Shown here piece after piece: positions 9,774 through 19,631 of a stretch of DNA of 64,000 nt (position 1 is the stretch's first letter; each line of letters starts with the position of its first letter). This DNA comes from a virus (lineage: Duplodnaviria; Caudoviricetes), in the IMG/VR virus record IMGVR_UViG_3300032225_000686. One strand, given 5' to 3'. The position numbers and the translations under genes are program-made. The notes beneath the pieces are model-generated. The model saw nothing but the letters and a program-made list of their open reading frames with translations. It ran no database searches and was not told the DNA's origin.

Positions 9774-10064
9774 ATGGCAAAGAAGAAGACCAAGACGGTT
9801 CGTAGCAACAAGAGCAAACTGCGAGAAGAGCGAGCAAACCGTTCCGCTCCCGGCGAGATGAGGATGCCCGGAAAGATGGACAAGGAAGTTGAGTTTTGCA
9901 CTTGGTTTGACCGAACATGGCAGCAGAGAATTGTTCGGATTCAGAGCAGCGACAACGACCACATTGTGAATGTGGATATTGAGAGTTCGTTGGACTTGCG
10001 CGTAATGGCAGCGTGGCTGACTGCTGCTGCGGAATGGATGGACAATCAGGAGGACAGCAAGTGA
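9774..10064 (+). CDS. hypothetical protein (leaderless start)
   Basis: ATG 6 nt after -10. Confidence 0.55.
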   Translation: MAKKKTKTVRSNKSKLREERANRSAPGEMRMPGKMDKEVEFCTWFDRTWQQRIVRIQSSDNDHIVNVDIESSLDLRVMAAWLTAAAEWMDNQEDSK

Positions 10065-10429
10065 GCAAGAACAAAACTCCCTGTGAGGCAGATACCTTCA
10101 TGTGGCCTCTTCCCCTGACCTTTACCGCCCGCTACAACCTTCGGCGTAATGTCTACAGGGTGGATGACACCACCTACCTTGTAGAGGGTCCAAGCGAGTA
10201 CAGCCGTGGGGCTATGGATACCGATGGATCGTTCTTCATGGTAGACTTTGAGGGCGGTCCATACATTCAGAAGGGCATGAGTCTTTCTCTCGCTCTTCAT
10301 GATGACCTGCCCGCCAAGATCATAAAGGACGCAAGGTTCGTTACCTATGAGGACAGGTGCAAACTCTTGGGTATTAAGTGCGAGGGCGAGCCAAAGGAAA
10401 CCTACGCCTACTGCAAGGTTACGGTCTAA
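10061..10429 (+). CDS. hypothetical protein
   Basis: GTG start with AGGAGG RBS, overlaps upstream stop. Confidence 0.55.
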   Translation: MSKNKTPCEADTFMWPLPLTFTARYNLRRNVYRVDDTTYLVEGPSEYSRGAMDTDGSFFMVDFEGGPYIQKGMSLSLALHDDLPAKIIKDARFVTYEDRCKLLGIKCEGEPKETYAYCKVTV

Positions 10430-10460
10430 CCCCCTCCACCCCAAGAAAAAACTTCCCCCG

Positions 10461-10499
10461 AAGCCCCTGCTATCGTGCCAACGCCGATAGTGGGGGTTT
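10461..10499 (+). terminator. stem-loop/terminator just upstream of a late promoter
   Basis: AAGCCCCTGCTATCG...CGATAGTGGGGGTTT. Confidence 0.65.
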
Positions 10500-10524
10500 A
10501 TAAATAGGAGACAGGAGATTGTCT

Positions 10525-11757
10525 ATGTACAACTATCAGAAGAGATTGCTAGAGGAAGCCACCGCAGTACCACAGAAGGAAGTAGTCCTTACTGAAGGCA
10601 TAATTGATTACATCAAGAACGCCATCAAGCGAGAACCACTACTTTCGCAGATCGTGGCTCTTCGTGCCTTGAGGGGCAAGATAAGTAAAACGGAGTATGA
10701 GAAGAGGATTGAAGGCATCAAGAACATGGCGGCTACTTATCTCTTCAAGGGGGCAACTCTTGCTGCTATGGGTGTAAACATTGCTCACAGAACAGGTCTA
10801 ATGAAAATTCTAGACAAGGTAGTTCATCACATAGCACTAGACCCACACCACGCAACAGAGATTGACCACCTCATACACTCTGCGTTGGGTATGGTAAAGG
10901 TCTTTGCAGAATACACCCCCGAAGGAGAAACCTTGGACGAGGCTCCTGCGGCAACAGCAAGCAGCAAAGACTACAACGCAAGAGTCATGTCTGCTATGGC
11001 TATAGTCAAGGCAGTAAAGCAAAAAGCAAAGCAACTTGGAGTCAGAGTAGATGCTGATGGCAAAACTGTGACTTGCACCAAGGAGTTTACAAAGGGTGAC
11101 AAGAACGCATTCCGTCACGCATACGATGCTTGCTATAGCGTCATCTGCTTGTTCAAGTTCACGAAGAACACAAACCTGTGGGGTTGCTCAACAGCAGGAT
11201 TTGGTATCGGAGCACAGGAGTGCATCAAGAACGGTCGCATCGTTCTAAACAAGAGTGGAGATGGAACGCAACTACAGTTTAGAGGATTGAAGGGTGGTCT
11301 ATATCTCTCTAACGGAATGCGATTGACTGAAGAGAACCTTGAATCAATTAAAGAAGCCATTACGGTAAAGGATATCCTTGATAGTAAGAAGAACCCCCAA
11401 TTGAAGTTCGTCACTAAATTAAAGGAGTGGAGTGGTGTTCGTGAGTTTCTAACTAAGAGTGGAGCGATAGAGTGGCTACATAGCGTCGGCTACAACGATG
11501 TCAACTATGACTATATCAAGGCACAGGTTCTCGGTAAGAAGTACTTCGCTCCTTGTGCGATCATCCACACCGCGATCTATGATCCATCGGCCAACGGTGA
11601 TGTCTCACACAACATCGTGGTACAGCCCAAGGGGATGTTGGATCAGATGTCATCAACATACAAGGGTCTTGGAAGTATCGCACCCGGCAAGAGAGGCGAG
11701 AAGACTTTCAGTACAGGCATGAAGATCGTAGCAACAATACTAGCAGTAGGAGAGTAA
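10525..11757 (+). CDS. modular late protein with LxE processing-like sites
   Basis: TATAAATA promoter, AGGAG RBS; LLEE, LTE, LDE, IKE sites. Confidence 0.55.
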   Translation: MYNYQKRLLEEATAVPQKEVVLTEGIIDYIKNAIKREPLLSQIVALRALRGKISKTEYEKRIEGIKNMAATYLFKGATLAAMGVNIAHRTGLMKILDKVVHHIALDPHHATEIDHLIHSALGMVKVFAEYTPEGETLDEAPAATASSKDYNARVMSAMAIVKAVKQKAKQLGVRVDADGKTVTCTKEFTKGDKNAFRHAYDACYSVICLFKFTKNTNLWGCSTAGFGIGAQECIKNGRIVLNKSGDGTQLQFRGLKGGLYLSNGMRLTEENLESIKEAITVKDILDSKKNPQLKFVTKLKEWSGVREFLTKSGAIEWLHSVGYNDVNYDYIKAQVLGKKYFAPCAIIHTAIYDPSANGDVSHNIVVQPKGMLDQMSSTYKGLGSIAPGKRGEKTFSTGMKIVATILAVGE

Positions 11758-11911
11758 TCATGGGAAGAGCGAGAGATGCAGGAAAGTCGTTCGGAACCAA
11801 GGGAGGCTATAAGACTCGTAAGAGACCCAAGGGTATCTCCCGCGCAGGACTACCGAAGATATACCCGCCGGGTTCGGATGGCGGCATAGCAAGAATCAAC
11901 ACCAAAGTAAA

Positions 11912-12040
11912 ATGAAATCGTTCAAGAAGTTCTTGGAAGAGAAGTGGACAAAGGATTACAAGAAGTCCATCAACTGCTCTAACCCCAAGGGCTTCTCGCA
12001 ACGCGCCCATTGTCAGGGCAGAAAGAAGAGAGGTAAGTAA
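11912..12040 (+). CDS. small CTS-bearing protein (KKSINCSNPKGFSQRAHC type seen in T4-like cyanophages)
   Basis: hand translation MKSFKKFLEEKWTKDYKKSINCSNPKGFSQRAHCQGRKKRGK. Confidence 0.65.
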   Translation: MKSFKKFLEEKWTKDYKKSINCSNPKGFSQRAHCQGRKKRGK

Positions 12041-12041
12041 T

Positions 12042-12224
12042 ATGCAGAACCGTAGATTTATAGCACCGAAGTTTCATGAGAGACCACAGATAGTAAGTCC
12101 ATTGAGTGCTCCTCCACCAGAAGTTACAGAAGAACAGAAAGTCGAGGAGACTAATGAAATCACAGAAACACCGGTTGTAGAAGATAAGAAACTCAAAGAT
12201 AGCAACAACAAGAAGAACAACTAA
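12042..12224 (+). CDS. hypothetical protein
   Basis: GAGG RBS; fills the gap. Confidence 0.4.
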   Translation: MQNRRFIAPKFHERPQIVSPLSAPPPEVTEEQKVEETNEITETPVVEDKKLKDSNNKKNN

Positions 12225-12238
12225 CATTGGAGATTTAT

Positions 12239-12823
12239 ATGATGAAGTTTTCAGAAGTCGGTCAAGATTTGTTTGTGGTAAATCAATTGAATGGTAAGAG
12301 AAATGGTGTGTTTCTTGACATAGGAGCAGGACACCCAACATTCAATAATTATCAAGGTTGGCAGCAGGGAGATACATGGATAGACGGGTGGTATGAAGGA
12401 AACAACACCTTCTTGCTAGAAAGAGATTACGGTTGGACAGGTGTATGTGTTGACCTAGACTCCAGATGGAATGAGGCTTGGAAAACAAGAAGAGCAAAGT
12501 TTCTAAATCAAAACGCACTAGAGATAGATTACGATAAGTTGCTCTCTGAGATAGCAGTTGATGGTGTTGTCGATTACTTGAGTTTAGACTTGGAACCTGC
12601 GTCCGTAACATACGAGTGTTTGTTGCGTATACCTTTTGATAAGTATCGCTTTTCTGCTGTAACTTACGAACACGATAGTTATAGATTCGGTCATCATTTC
12701 AGAAACGAATCTAGAGAACTGTTTTTAAAACATGGTTATAGATTAGTTGAAAAGGATGTTAAGTGTCCATCTGGTGGAGAGTATGAGGACTGGTATGTTC
12801 ATGAAAGTGTGAACTTACCTTAA
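12239..12823 (+). CDS. FkbM-like SAM-dependent methyltransferase
   Basis: FLDIGAG, NNTFLLE, DYLSLDLE, YEDWY. Confidence 0.8.
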   Translation: MMKFSEVGQDLFVVNQLNGKRNGVFLDIGAGHPTFNNYQGWQQGDTWIDGWYEGNNTFLLERDYGWTGVCVDLDSRWNEAWKTRRAKFLNQNALEIDYDKLLSEIAVDGVVDYLSLDLEPASVTYECLLRIPFDKYRFSAVTYEHDSYRFGHHFRNESRELFLKHGYRLVEKDVKCPSGGEYEDWYVHESVNLP

Positions 12824-12902
12824 ATAAACGGCTCAACCAATTCGTTTACTCATAAATACATGACCATCCAAATCAGGATGGCACTTATAAGGAGAAAGAG
12901 TA

Positions 12903-13658
12903 ATGACACGATTCTTTAGATACTTCGCCGCTGTAGCCGCAGTAGTTTTGGCACACAGCACTTTCGCTCAGACTGCTTCGGCTCCGGCTACGAAGGCATC
13001 ACCTGCCATGTTCAACAGCGTATCGGTTGACGAGACCTTGACCTTCTGGGGCAAGAAGAATGTTGACACCGTTACTGAGTTGGACTCAACCATCAAGGGC
13101 AAGTTGTATGACCTGCTCGGTTGGCACATCACCGTTCCTGTTTATTCACAGGACACCACCGGTTATGGTGCTATTGATGTTGGTGCAGATTACGCTTTGT
13201 TCACAGGTGAGAAGTTCCTTGGCTCAGTCACCAACTTCAGCGTTGAAGCGGGTGCATGGATGCCAACAGGTTCGGCTGGTTACAACACCGACAATGTGAA
13301 TCCACATGTTGGTTTCAACTATGACATGACTTGGGGTTCGATTGCCTACACACAGACTTTTGATGTTCTGTGGGTTGGTTCATATGCTTACACTCCTGTG
13401 TTTGGTAACTTCAACAACTACGGTCTCAACGCCGAGTCGTTTGTTGCCTACAAGTGGAGTAATCTACAGGTTGGCGTAGACCTGAACCAATGGTACACCG
13501 AGGGTAGCAATGTTGCTTTCCTTGGGCCAAAGGCTGAGTGGAAGGTCTCCAACAATGTTGACCTGAACGCAGGCTTCGGCGTTCCAGTATGGCAGGAAGT
13601 AAACGCTGCCAACGAGAACAGTTGGAATGTCACCGCCGGTATCGGCATCAAGTTCTGA
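12903..13658 (+). CDS. outer-membrane beta-barrel protein
   Basis: Sec signal (AHSTFA), amphipathic strands, C-terminal AGIGIKF Bam-type signal. Confidence 0.75.
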   Translation: MTRFFRYFAAVAAVVLAHSTFAQTASAPATKASPAMFNSVSVDETLTFWGKKNVDTVTELDSTIKGKLYDLLGWHITVPVYSQDTTGYGAIDVGADYALFTGEKFLGSVTNFSVEAGAWMPTGSAGYNTDNVNPHVGFNYDMTWGSIAYTQTFDVLWVGSYAYTPVFGNFNNYGLNAESFVAYKWSNLQVGVDLNQWYTEGSNVAFLGPKAEWKVSNNVDLNAGFGVPVWQEVNAANENSWNVTAGIGIKF

Positions 13659-13685
13659 TTTTACAATTTCATAACTTTAGGGATT

Positions 13686-13716
13686 GGGGAGGAGGAAACT
13701 CCTCCCCTTTTCTTTT
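13686..13716 (+). terminator. Rho-independent terminator
   Basis: GGGGAGGAG-gaaa-CTCCTCCCC-TTTT. Confidence 0.9.
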
Positions 13717-13752
13717 ACCTAAATACTTTTGCATTTTTAGAAAGGGGCTGGT

Positions 13753-14181
13753 ATGCCTATGATAGAACTATTATCAATGCTTGGCGGATCGGCTGTAGGC
13801 TTTCTGTTTCGCTTTATAGCACAGAAGTCACAAGATCAAAAAGAATTGTTTGAACGCATGATGGCTGCAAACACACAGACCACCAGTAACCAAGACAAAG
13901 CCGTAGAGCGAGTTCCACTAGATGTAGGTAAGGGAGTGCGTCAGATTATAGTTCTGTCAACCCTATTTGCCACATTCTTGGCTCCGTTCGTGTTACCCTT
14001 CTTCGGCATTCCTACATTTGTTGAAGTGGATGCAACTCAAACCAACTTCTTGGGGCCTGATGTTCTTAGAAAATACTTTGTGGAAATCAACGGGTTCTTG
14101 TTCACATCAGAGAATCGTCAAATCTTGTTGAGCATTGTAGGATTCTACTTTGGTTCAGCAGCAGCAGCAAACAAGTCGTAA
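13753..14181 (+). CDS. membrane protein (holin-like)
   Basis: hydrophobic segments; C-terminal IVGFYFGS. Confidence 0.5.
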   Translation: MPMIELLSMLGGSAVGFLFRFIAQKSQDQKELFERMMAANTQTTSNQDKAVERVPLDVGKGVRQIIVLSTLFATFLAPFVLPFFGIPTFVEVDATQTNFLGPDVLRKYFVEINGFLFTSENRQILLSIVGFYFGSAAAANKS

Positions 14182-14191
14182 AGGAGTAAAC

Positions 14192-14488
14192 ATGAAATAC
14201 CTAATAGGATTAATCACTTCACTCGTTCTAACGGCTTGCAGCACAGCACCAGTTATTGTTCCCGACACCACAAAAGATAATGTGGTGATGAAGAAACTAA
14301 ACTGGGAAATTACAAACAACACGCATCTAACAACAGATTGGGGTTGGATTCTGTGGTATCTGCCTGTAGTATTCTTGGTTGTGGTTTGGGCTTACAATCA
14401 ATATCTAAAAACCAAATGCACAGAAGAAGAGACTGATTCAACCACAGAGGCTTCCAAGCCGACAGAGCAACCTCCATCACAGAGTTGA
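14192..14488 (+). CDS. lipoprotein with C-terminal TM segment (possible unimolecular spanin)
   Basis: lipobox LTAC; TM WGWILWYLPVVFLVVVW. Confidence 0.55.
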   Translation: MKYLIGLITSLVLTACSTAPVIVPDTTKDNVVMKKLNWEITNNTHLTTDWGWILWYLPVVFLVVVWAYNQYLKTKCTEEETDSTTEASKPTEQPPSQS

Positions 14489-14489
14489 G

Positions 14490-14810
14490 ATGAAGTCTTT
14501 TCGGCAGTACATCAAGGAAGAGGGTGTGCCAAACAGCACAGGAATGTTTACCTATGGTCTAGACTTTCAGGTAGATACGGTTCGTGCTGATTTTGATATT
14601 GAGGACTTTACAGATACAGATGATCCAAAGGACAGCAAGGACCGTAAGTACCGTAAACACTTCCCGTGGGAGGTTGAGAACGCTATTGAAGCCAACAGCA
14701 GACGGGATATGGTTCTTCGTTGGATGAAGAGTGCAGGAGCCAATAGCAAGAAAGCAGTAACTAACAAGTCTTTGCCACTAATTCCCGATTGGCAGACTAC
14801 CAAGAGATAA
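14490..14810 (+). CDS. putative internal head protein
   Basis: MKSFRQYIKEE. Confidence 0.55.
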   Translation: MKSFRQYIKEEGVPNSTGMFTYGLDFQVDTVRADFDIEDFTDTDDPKDSKDRKYRKHFPWEVENAIEANSRRDMVLRWMKSAGANSKKAVTNKSLPLIPDWQTTKR

Positions 14811-14841
14811 ATAGTAGACACCCCTTTCAAGGACACTAAAC

Positions 14842-16767
14842 ATGAGCGACTTCAATTTCCGTAAGCCACTATCCTCGCAGAAGAAGAACATCAACGAATC
14901 CCTCCGTCACATTAACAGGCTGTATAACAACACCCTGTCGGCAGGTAGAGTGGATGTCGTTAGCATGGAACTCAACGAGGCAGGAGAGAAGACTATTGGA
15001 AAGATTACCTTCAGTCCATACAAGGAAGGCAGTAGGTCGGTATGGATAGTCAAGGGAAAGGGCGGTCAGGAGATTGGGTTCATCACCATAGTGAAGAGTA
15101 CAGCCGTAACGACAGTACCCAATCAGTTGTACTTGGGCAGTCGCGGCGAGGGTAAGTTAGCACTCAACCTTTGGCCAGAGAAGGTTGGAACCCCACCCAC
15201 GGGCGGGTACACGCGGGCGTATGTGAAGTACAAGCCAAACCAAATGTTGTCAGCAGCAGCAAAGTGGATCATGGACAACCACAAGGAGTTGGTAGAAGAG
15301 GTTGTTGTTGATGAATCCAAGGAAGAACTAAAGGTTGTCAAGAAGGGCAACACAAAGACAGAGAAGAACAAGTCATCAGAGTTCAATGGGGACAAGCGTG
15401 GCATGAACCGCTTCGTTGAAGAGGATGAGGTGGAGGAAGTTGAGGATGTTGAGGAAGAGGTTACTGTAATCGGCATGAAGGAGAGTGTTGAACTCCAAGA
15501 AGCATCTTGGTCATCAAGTTCAGGAACTATTGACAAGAAGACAGTAGATTCATTCTTGGACGATCTAGAAAAGGCATACGAGAGGGGCGGCAAGAGAGCC
15601 AAGGTTGGTAATACTGATGGAACAGTAGAGGATTGGATGCAGGATTACAAGGACTGGTTCCGCCGTGCTCCCAAGAATCTTATGGACTATCTCAAGACAG
15701 AGATATCAAAGATCGTCAAGAAGGAATCACTAGGCACACACATGGCTACTTCAGAGGCATACGCACATCCTGACGAAAAAACTATAGGTTCATTCTATGA
15801 GAAGACGGGGAAGCACTTCTTTGAGTATAGAGTTTCAAAGGATTCTTGGGGTAAGAGCCACGGTCTACCTCATGAAGTCTGTGTCTCCCGTAAAGACCCG
15901 AGTAGCAAAGGTGATTGGAGATCTGCTAATGTCAAGGGAACTGTATGCTACATCGCTGTTGATGAAGATTCAGACGGTAAGCCTGTGATGGAGAAGTGGG
16001 AGATCAAGAGGCATGTCAAGTATGTGAAAGCAGAGGCAGTTGAAGTTGAGACTCAAGATGAAGACCTAAGCGAAGCATACATTAGTACAGACGCAATCAA
16101 GATAATCCGTGACGATCTCAAGAAGGAATTCCCCAAGTTCAAGTTCATGATTGCTAGAGAGCGCAACAGTTACTCCAGTCTTCGTGTAGCAATCGTTTCC
16201 GGTCCTGTTGCTTTTGCAACCAAGCACGATGGAACACCATTGCCGTTCGCAGACATCAATCACTACTACCCAATGAACTATAAGAACGGTGAGATTCTAA
16301 AGAAGATTCTTGAGACAATCAACAAGAAGAACTGGGATCGCAGCGACATTCAAACAGACTACTTTGATGTTGGTTTCTACTTGACTGTAACACAGGGCAA
16401 TCGTTCATATGGCATGACACAACGCCCATTCACACTAAATGGTGTTGCCGTAAAGAAGCCAACTCCCGTGCAGACACAGCAGAAGGTTAATGCTATAATC
16501 AAGAAGGTAATAAGCAGCAATCCCACCAAGAATGCAGTAACAGGAAAGACACACACCAAGTCTACTCCCGCAAACGCAGGCGGTCCTTCTGCTAGTCGTT
16601 ACGGAGTCTTTGAGGATGCTCAGGAAGTGAACGAGAAGTCACCTCCAACAGGTACGGCTCGCAAGTTCAGCAAAGACCCTGATGTGAAGGCTGCATTCAA
16701 GAAGAAGTATGGAGAGCGTTGGAAAGAGGTAATGTACGCTACCGCATGGAAGATGCACAACAAGTAA
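14842..16767 (+). CDS. multi-module late protein with LPD29-like domain
   Basis: modules separated by acidic linkers ending in L/IxE; IRDDLKKEFPKFKF...DIQTDYFDVGFY; C-terminal YGERWKEVMYATAWK. Confidence 0.6.
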   Translation: MSDFNFRKPLSSQKKNINESLRHINRLYNNTLSAGRVDVVSMELNEAGEKTIGKITFSPYKEGSRSVWIVKGKGGQEIGFITIVKSTAVTTVPNQLYLGSRGEGKLALNLWPEKVGTPPTGGYTRAYVKYKPNQMLSAAAKWIMDNHKELVEEVVVDESKEELKVVKKGNTKTEKNKSSEFNGDKRGMNRFVEEDEVEEVEDVEEEVTVIGMKESVELQEASWSSSSGTIDKKTVDSFLDDLEKAYERGGKRAKVGNTDGTVEDWMQDYKDWFRRAPKNLMDYLKTEISKIVKKESLGTHMATSEAYAHPDEKTIGSFYEKTGKHFFEYRVSKDSWGKSHGLPHEVCVSRKDPSSKGDWRSANVKGTVCYIAVDEDSDGKPVMEKWEIKRHVKYVKAEAVEVETQDEDLSEAYISTDAIKIIRDDLKKEFPKFKFMIARERNSYSSLRVAIVSGPVAFATKHDGTPLPFADINHYYPMNYKNGEILKKILETINKKNWDRSDIQTDYFDVGFYLTVTQGNRSYGMTQRPFTLNGVAVKKPTPVQTQQKVNAIIKKVISSNPTKNAVTGKTHTKSTPANAGGPSASRYGVFEDAQEVNEKSPPTGTARKFSKDPDVKAAFKKKYGERWKEVMYATAWKMHNK

Positions 16768-16777
16768 GGAGAAACAA

Positions 16778-17005
16778 ATGGCTAGAAAGAAGTTGGTTAG
16801 CATAGCAGTCACTCCCGAATACTTCCTACATTTCTTTCCCGTAGGAACAGTCATTGACAGACCCGGCCTTCCTCTACTGAAGGTCTCTGATGCTGCCCCT
16901 ATGTTGGATGGCAACATCTCTGTTCAGTTTGAAGTCTCAAACAGCATGACCCGAGCGAAGCACACATTCGGTGGCACGAACGGGGAAAACGGCATTCCAT
17001 TTTGA
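16778..17005 (+). CDS. hypothetical protein
   Basis: AAGGAG RBS. Confidence 0.5.
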   Translation: MARKKLVSIAVTPEYFLHFFPVGTVIDRPGLPLLKVSDAAPMLDGNISVQFEVSNSMTRAKHTFGGTNGENGIPF

Positions 17006-17415
17006 AGTCGTTTAGCCAACATCTTGTAGAACAGGATGCGGCTCCAAAACCCCGTGGCGAGTATTTCGTCAGTCGTTTTAATATTAGCGGAACTGTTGTG
17101 AGTGCTGTCGCTGTATACGAAAGACCCACCAAGAACTACAAGTATAAAACTAAAGTTTGGAGATGGCGGGTTCGTATAAAGACGAGTGAAGGATGGATGC
17201 TGATGGGCTATATCGGCAATGGACAACGACAGGAAGAACTGCCTCCGCTTCGTGTTGGAGATGTTGTGGAGATTAGAGACCTTGTTTTGTCTAGAGTCAC
17301 GGGTGGAGATTGGGCGCAACGAAACAAGGTAATCGGCAAACCTCTTGACTATCGTTCTAACTTGTTTTCTCGTCAACTATATGGCAAGATCAAAAGAACC
17401 TCAACCTCCGTATGA
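17002..17415 (+). CDS. putative internal head protein
   Basis: TTG start, KSFSQHLVE. Confidence 0.5.
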   Translation: MKSFSQHLVEQDAAPKPRGEYFVSRFNISGTVVSAVAVYERPTKNYKYKTKVWRWRVRIKTSEGWMLMGYIGNGQRQEELPPLRVGDVVEIRDLVLSRVTGGDWAQRNKVIGKPLDYRSNLFSRQLYGKIKRTSTSV

Positions 17416-17852
17416 AATCGTTCAAGCAACTAAAGTGGGATTTGGGAGAAGCCAAGAAGCAGGATGCTGTTGAGGCTATTGACCGTTCTGCCAATGTTGT
17501 AGTTCGTCCTGCTGACCTACGCCACAAGACCCCCGGCGTAACAGTCATGGTACGCAAGCACAAAAAGCACAAGAGGGGCGAAGAGGCTTACGACTGGACT
17601 CTCCGAGAGCCTAATAGCAATCGCAACTATTATGGGACTCTGAGGAAGAACAAGGGTAAAAAGAGTGGTGGATGGATTGCAATGGCTACCGATTCCAAGA
17701 AAAAAGAAAAGACAGTTATCAAGGATACCCACGGAGATTCCATGAAGGCTGTCAAAAAGGCATACAAAGCCATAGCCAAAGCCACAGGGTCCACCGCCTT
17801 GGGTCTACCACTAATCGCTAGAGGAAATGCGAAATATAGACCCTTGACTTGA
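17412..17852 (+). CDS. basic putative internal head protein
   Basis: MKSFKQLKWDLGE; Lys-rich. Confidence 0.5.
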   Translation: MKSFKQLKWDLGEAKKQDAVEAIDRSANVVVRPADLRHKTPGVTVMVRKHKKHKRGEEAYDWTLREPNSNRNYYGTLRKNKGKKSGGWIAMATDSKKKEKTVIKDTHGDSMKAVKKAYKAIAKATGSTALGLPLIARGNAKYRPLT

Positions 17853-17871
17853 TTGCGCGATGTGGTATAAT
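17844..17871 (+). promoter_or_regulatory. sigma70-type promoter
   Basis: TTGACT-N16-TATAAT. Confidence 0.85.
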
Positions 17872-17877
17872 GGTGGT

Positions 17878-18144
17878 ATGAAGACCGCACCAGTTCGCCG
17901 TCCATCAATCGCAACCACAGTTCTATTGACCTTTGTCATACTGAAGTTGACAGGTCAGTTGGATTGGTCGTGGTGGTGGGTTACCTCTCCCGCATGGATC
18001 GTCTTGGGACTTTGGGCTTGCGTCCTTGGTCTCTTTGGTGTATCATATGTAATCAATCCCGAAGGCGTAAAGCGTTTCATTCGGGATAGGGAGTTTGAGC
18101 GTCTGTGCAAGGAATACTTCAACGCAACCCGAAGGAGCAAGTGA
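17878..18144 (+). CDS. small membrane protein
   Basis: LKLTGQLDWSWWWVTSPAW phage membrane motif. Confidence 0.7.
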   Translation: MKTAPVRRPSIATTVLLTFVILKLTGQLDWSWWWVTSPAWIVLGLWACVLGLFGVSYVINPEGVKRFIRDREFERLCKEYFNATRRSK

Positions 18145-18416
18145 TGAAGACTGCAATGACACGCGATGATTACAAGTTTAAACTTCGCAAGGGTATCTGT
18201 GAGATCACCTTCACCAAGAAGGACGGATCGGAGCGAGTGATGCGTTGCACCCTCGCGCAGGCGCACATGCCCGTGCGTGAGTACGAGAAGGACTCTGCGG
18301 AGCCTAAGACTCCACGCAAGGTCAACCTCAACACCCTCGCTGTTTGGGATTTGGACAAGGAGGCGTGGCGAGCATTCAACTTGGACAGCGTGAAAAATTT
18401 CAAAAACGCTGTCTGA
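18144..18416 (+). CDS. SH3/WYL_2-like (DUF2693-type) protein
   Basis: FTKKDGSERVMRCTL...VWDLDKEAWRAF. Confidence 0.8.
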   Translation: MKTAMTRDDYKFKLRKGICEITFTKKDGSERVMRCTLAQAHMPVREYEKDSAEPKTPRKVNLNTLAVWDLDKEAWRAFNLDSVKNFKNAV

Positions 18417-18422
18417 TCCCCT

Positions 18423-18496
18423 GTTCCCGTAACTCAGTTGGATAGAGTAGTTGCCTTCTAAGCAACAAGTCACAGGTTCGAATCCTGTCGGGAACG
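18423..18496 (+). tRNA. tRNA-Arg(TCT)
   Basis: cloverleaf, anticodon arm GTTGC-CTTCTAA-GCAAC. Confidence 0.95.
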
Positions 18497-18499
18497 CTC

Positions 18500-18571
18500 G
18501 CCTCCGTAACTCAATGGTAGAGTAGCCGACTTTTAATCGGTAAGTTACAGGTTCAAGTCCTGTCGGGGGCA
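18500..18571 (+). tRNA. tRNA-Lys(TTT)
   Basis: GCCGA-CTTTTAA-TCGGT. Confidence 0.95.
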
Positions 18572-18610
18572 CTAAATACAAGCACCCATCTCTTGAAAGG
18601 AGATTACATT

Positions 18611-18976
18611 ATGGACTCACTTCTTTACGGTATCCTCGGTCTTTCACTCGCAACCAATCTCGTAACTTTCATTGGCTCAATCGCTACCAATTCCAAGCGT
18701 CGGGATGAAGAGAATCAGCGAACTCTCTCTACTGTACGCGACGAACTCATCAATCGTATCAATGAGGTTGATCGTCGTGTTGACGGAGAGGTTAGCCTAC
18801 TTCACAACTCAATTCAGAGTGAGGTAAATGGCCTCACTAGCAAGATTGAGGAACTGGATCGTACCCTTACTTCCATGATTGACAACTTGGAAGAAGAGGT
18901 CTACAATAGTCAGGATCGTTTCTACGAGATTGCAGAGGCGGAAACTGCTTGCTGCAAGGCAAAGAAGCGGAACTGA
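18611..18976 (+). CDS. N-terminal TM plus coiled-coil protein
   Basis: late promoter, AAAGGAG RBS, heptads. Confidence 0.6.
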   Translation: MDSLLYGILGLSLATNLVTFIGSIATNSKRRDEENQRTLSTVRDELINRINEVDRRVDGEVSLLHNSIQSEVNGLTSKIEELDRTLTSMIDNLEEEVYNSQDRFYEIAEAETACCKAKKRN

Positions 18977-19022
18977 TAAAGGGATCGCCATCCCTTACAA
19001 CTTTAACATAAGGAGAAAACAA

Positions 19023-19232
19023 ATGGCAAAGTTTGAATCGGGCACATGCCCTGTTACTGGTGGCTGCGATAAGTTGAACTGCCTTCTCAGCAAGGTTGGC
19101 ATCAACCGTAGCCTTCTCGTCACTTTGGCCCTTCTTCCGTTCGCTTGGAACGGAGCCGTGTGGCTTAAGAATGCTGCCGTTGCCATCGTTCATGTAGTGG
19201 CAGGACTATTCGGCAATAGCCCCGTCGCTTGA
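19023..19232 (+). CDS. small membrane protein with Cys-rich N-terminus
   Basis: AAGGAG RBS; MAKFESGTCPVTGGC. Confidence 0.55.
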   Translation: MAKFESGTCPVTGGCDKLNCLLSKVGINRSLLVTLALLPFAWNGAVWLKNAAVAIVHVVAGLFGNSPVA

Positions 19233-19262
19233 TGTGACGGGATAATTGTGCAGGGATGCACC

Positions 19263-19333
19263 TGCCCGATGGTGTAACGGTAGCACAAGAGACTTTGGTT
19301 CTCTTTGTCCTAGTTCGAATCTAGGTCGGGCAA
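19263..19333 (+). tRNA. tRNA-Gln(TTG)
   Basis: U1-A72; AGAGA-CTTTGGT-TCTCT. Confidence 0.93.
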
Positions 19334-19347
19334 TTTTGGAGGTACTA

Positions 19348-19554
19348 ATGGGAAGCAACTTCTATCCAACTGATGATAGCGGTAATGAGATACGAGACCC
19401 TGAAACGGTCAAAAAGTATCATCATGCCATCATGTTGTTTGGCATGAAGTTTAGTGAGTATGTGAAGGAGATGGATCCTGACCTTTGGAAGAGAGCCGCA
19501 GACTACGCTGCTTCATTCACAAAGGTTGATGGAATAGAATTCATGGGCCGATAG
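19348..19554 (+). CDS. hypothetical protein; stop overlaps tRNA-Ala 5' end
   Basis: GGAGG RBS. Confidence 0.55.
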   Translation: MGSNFYPTDDSGNEIRDPETVKKYHHAIMLFGMKFSEYVKEMDPDLWKRAADYAASFTKVDGIEFMGR

Positions 19555-19616
19555 TTCAACGGGAGAACAATGCCTTTGCAAGGCATGGGTTGGAGGTTCG
19601 AATCCTCTTCGGTCCA
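19545..19616 (+). tRNA. tRNA-Ala(TGC)
   Basis: G3:U70; ATGCC-TTTGCAA-GGCAT. Confidence 0.93.
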
Positions 19617-19631
19617 CTACAGGAGGTTAGC

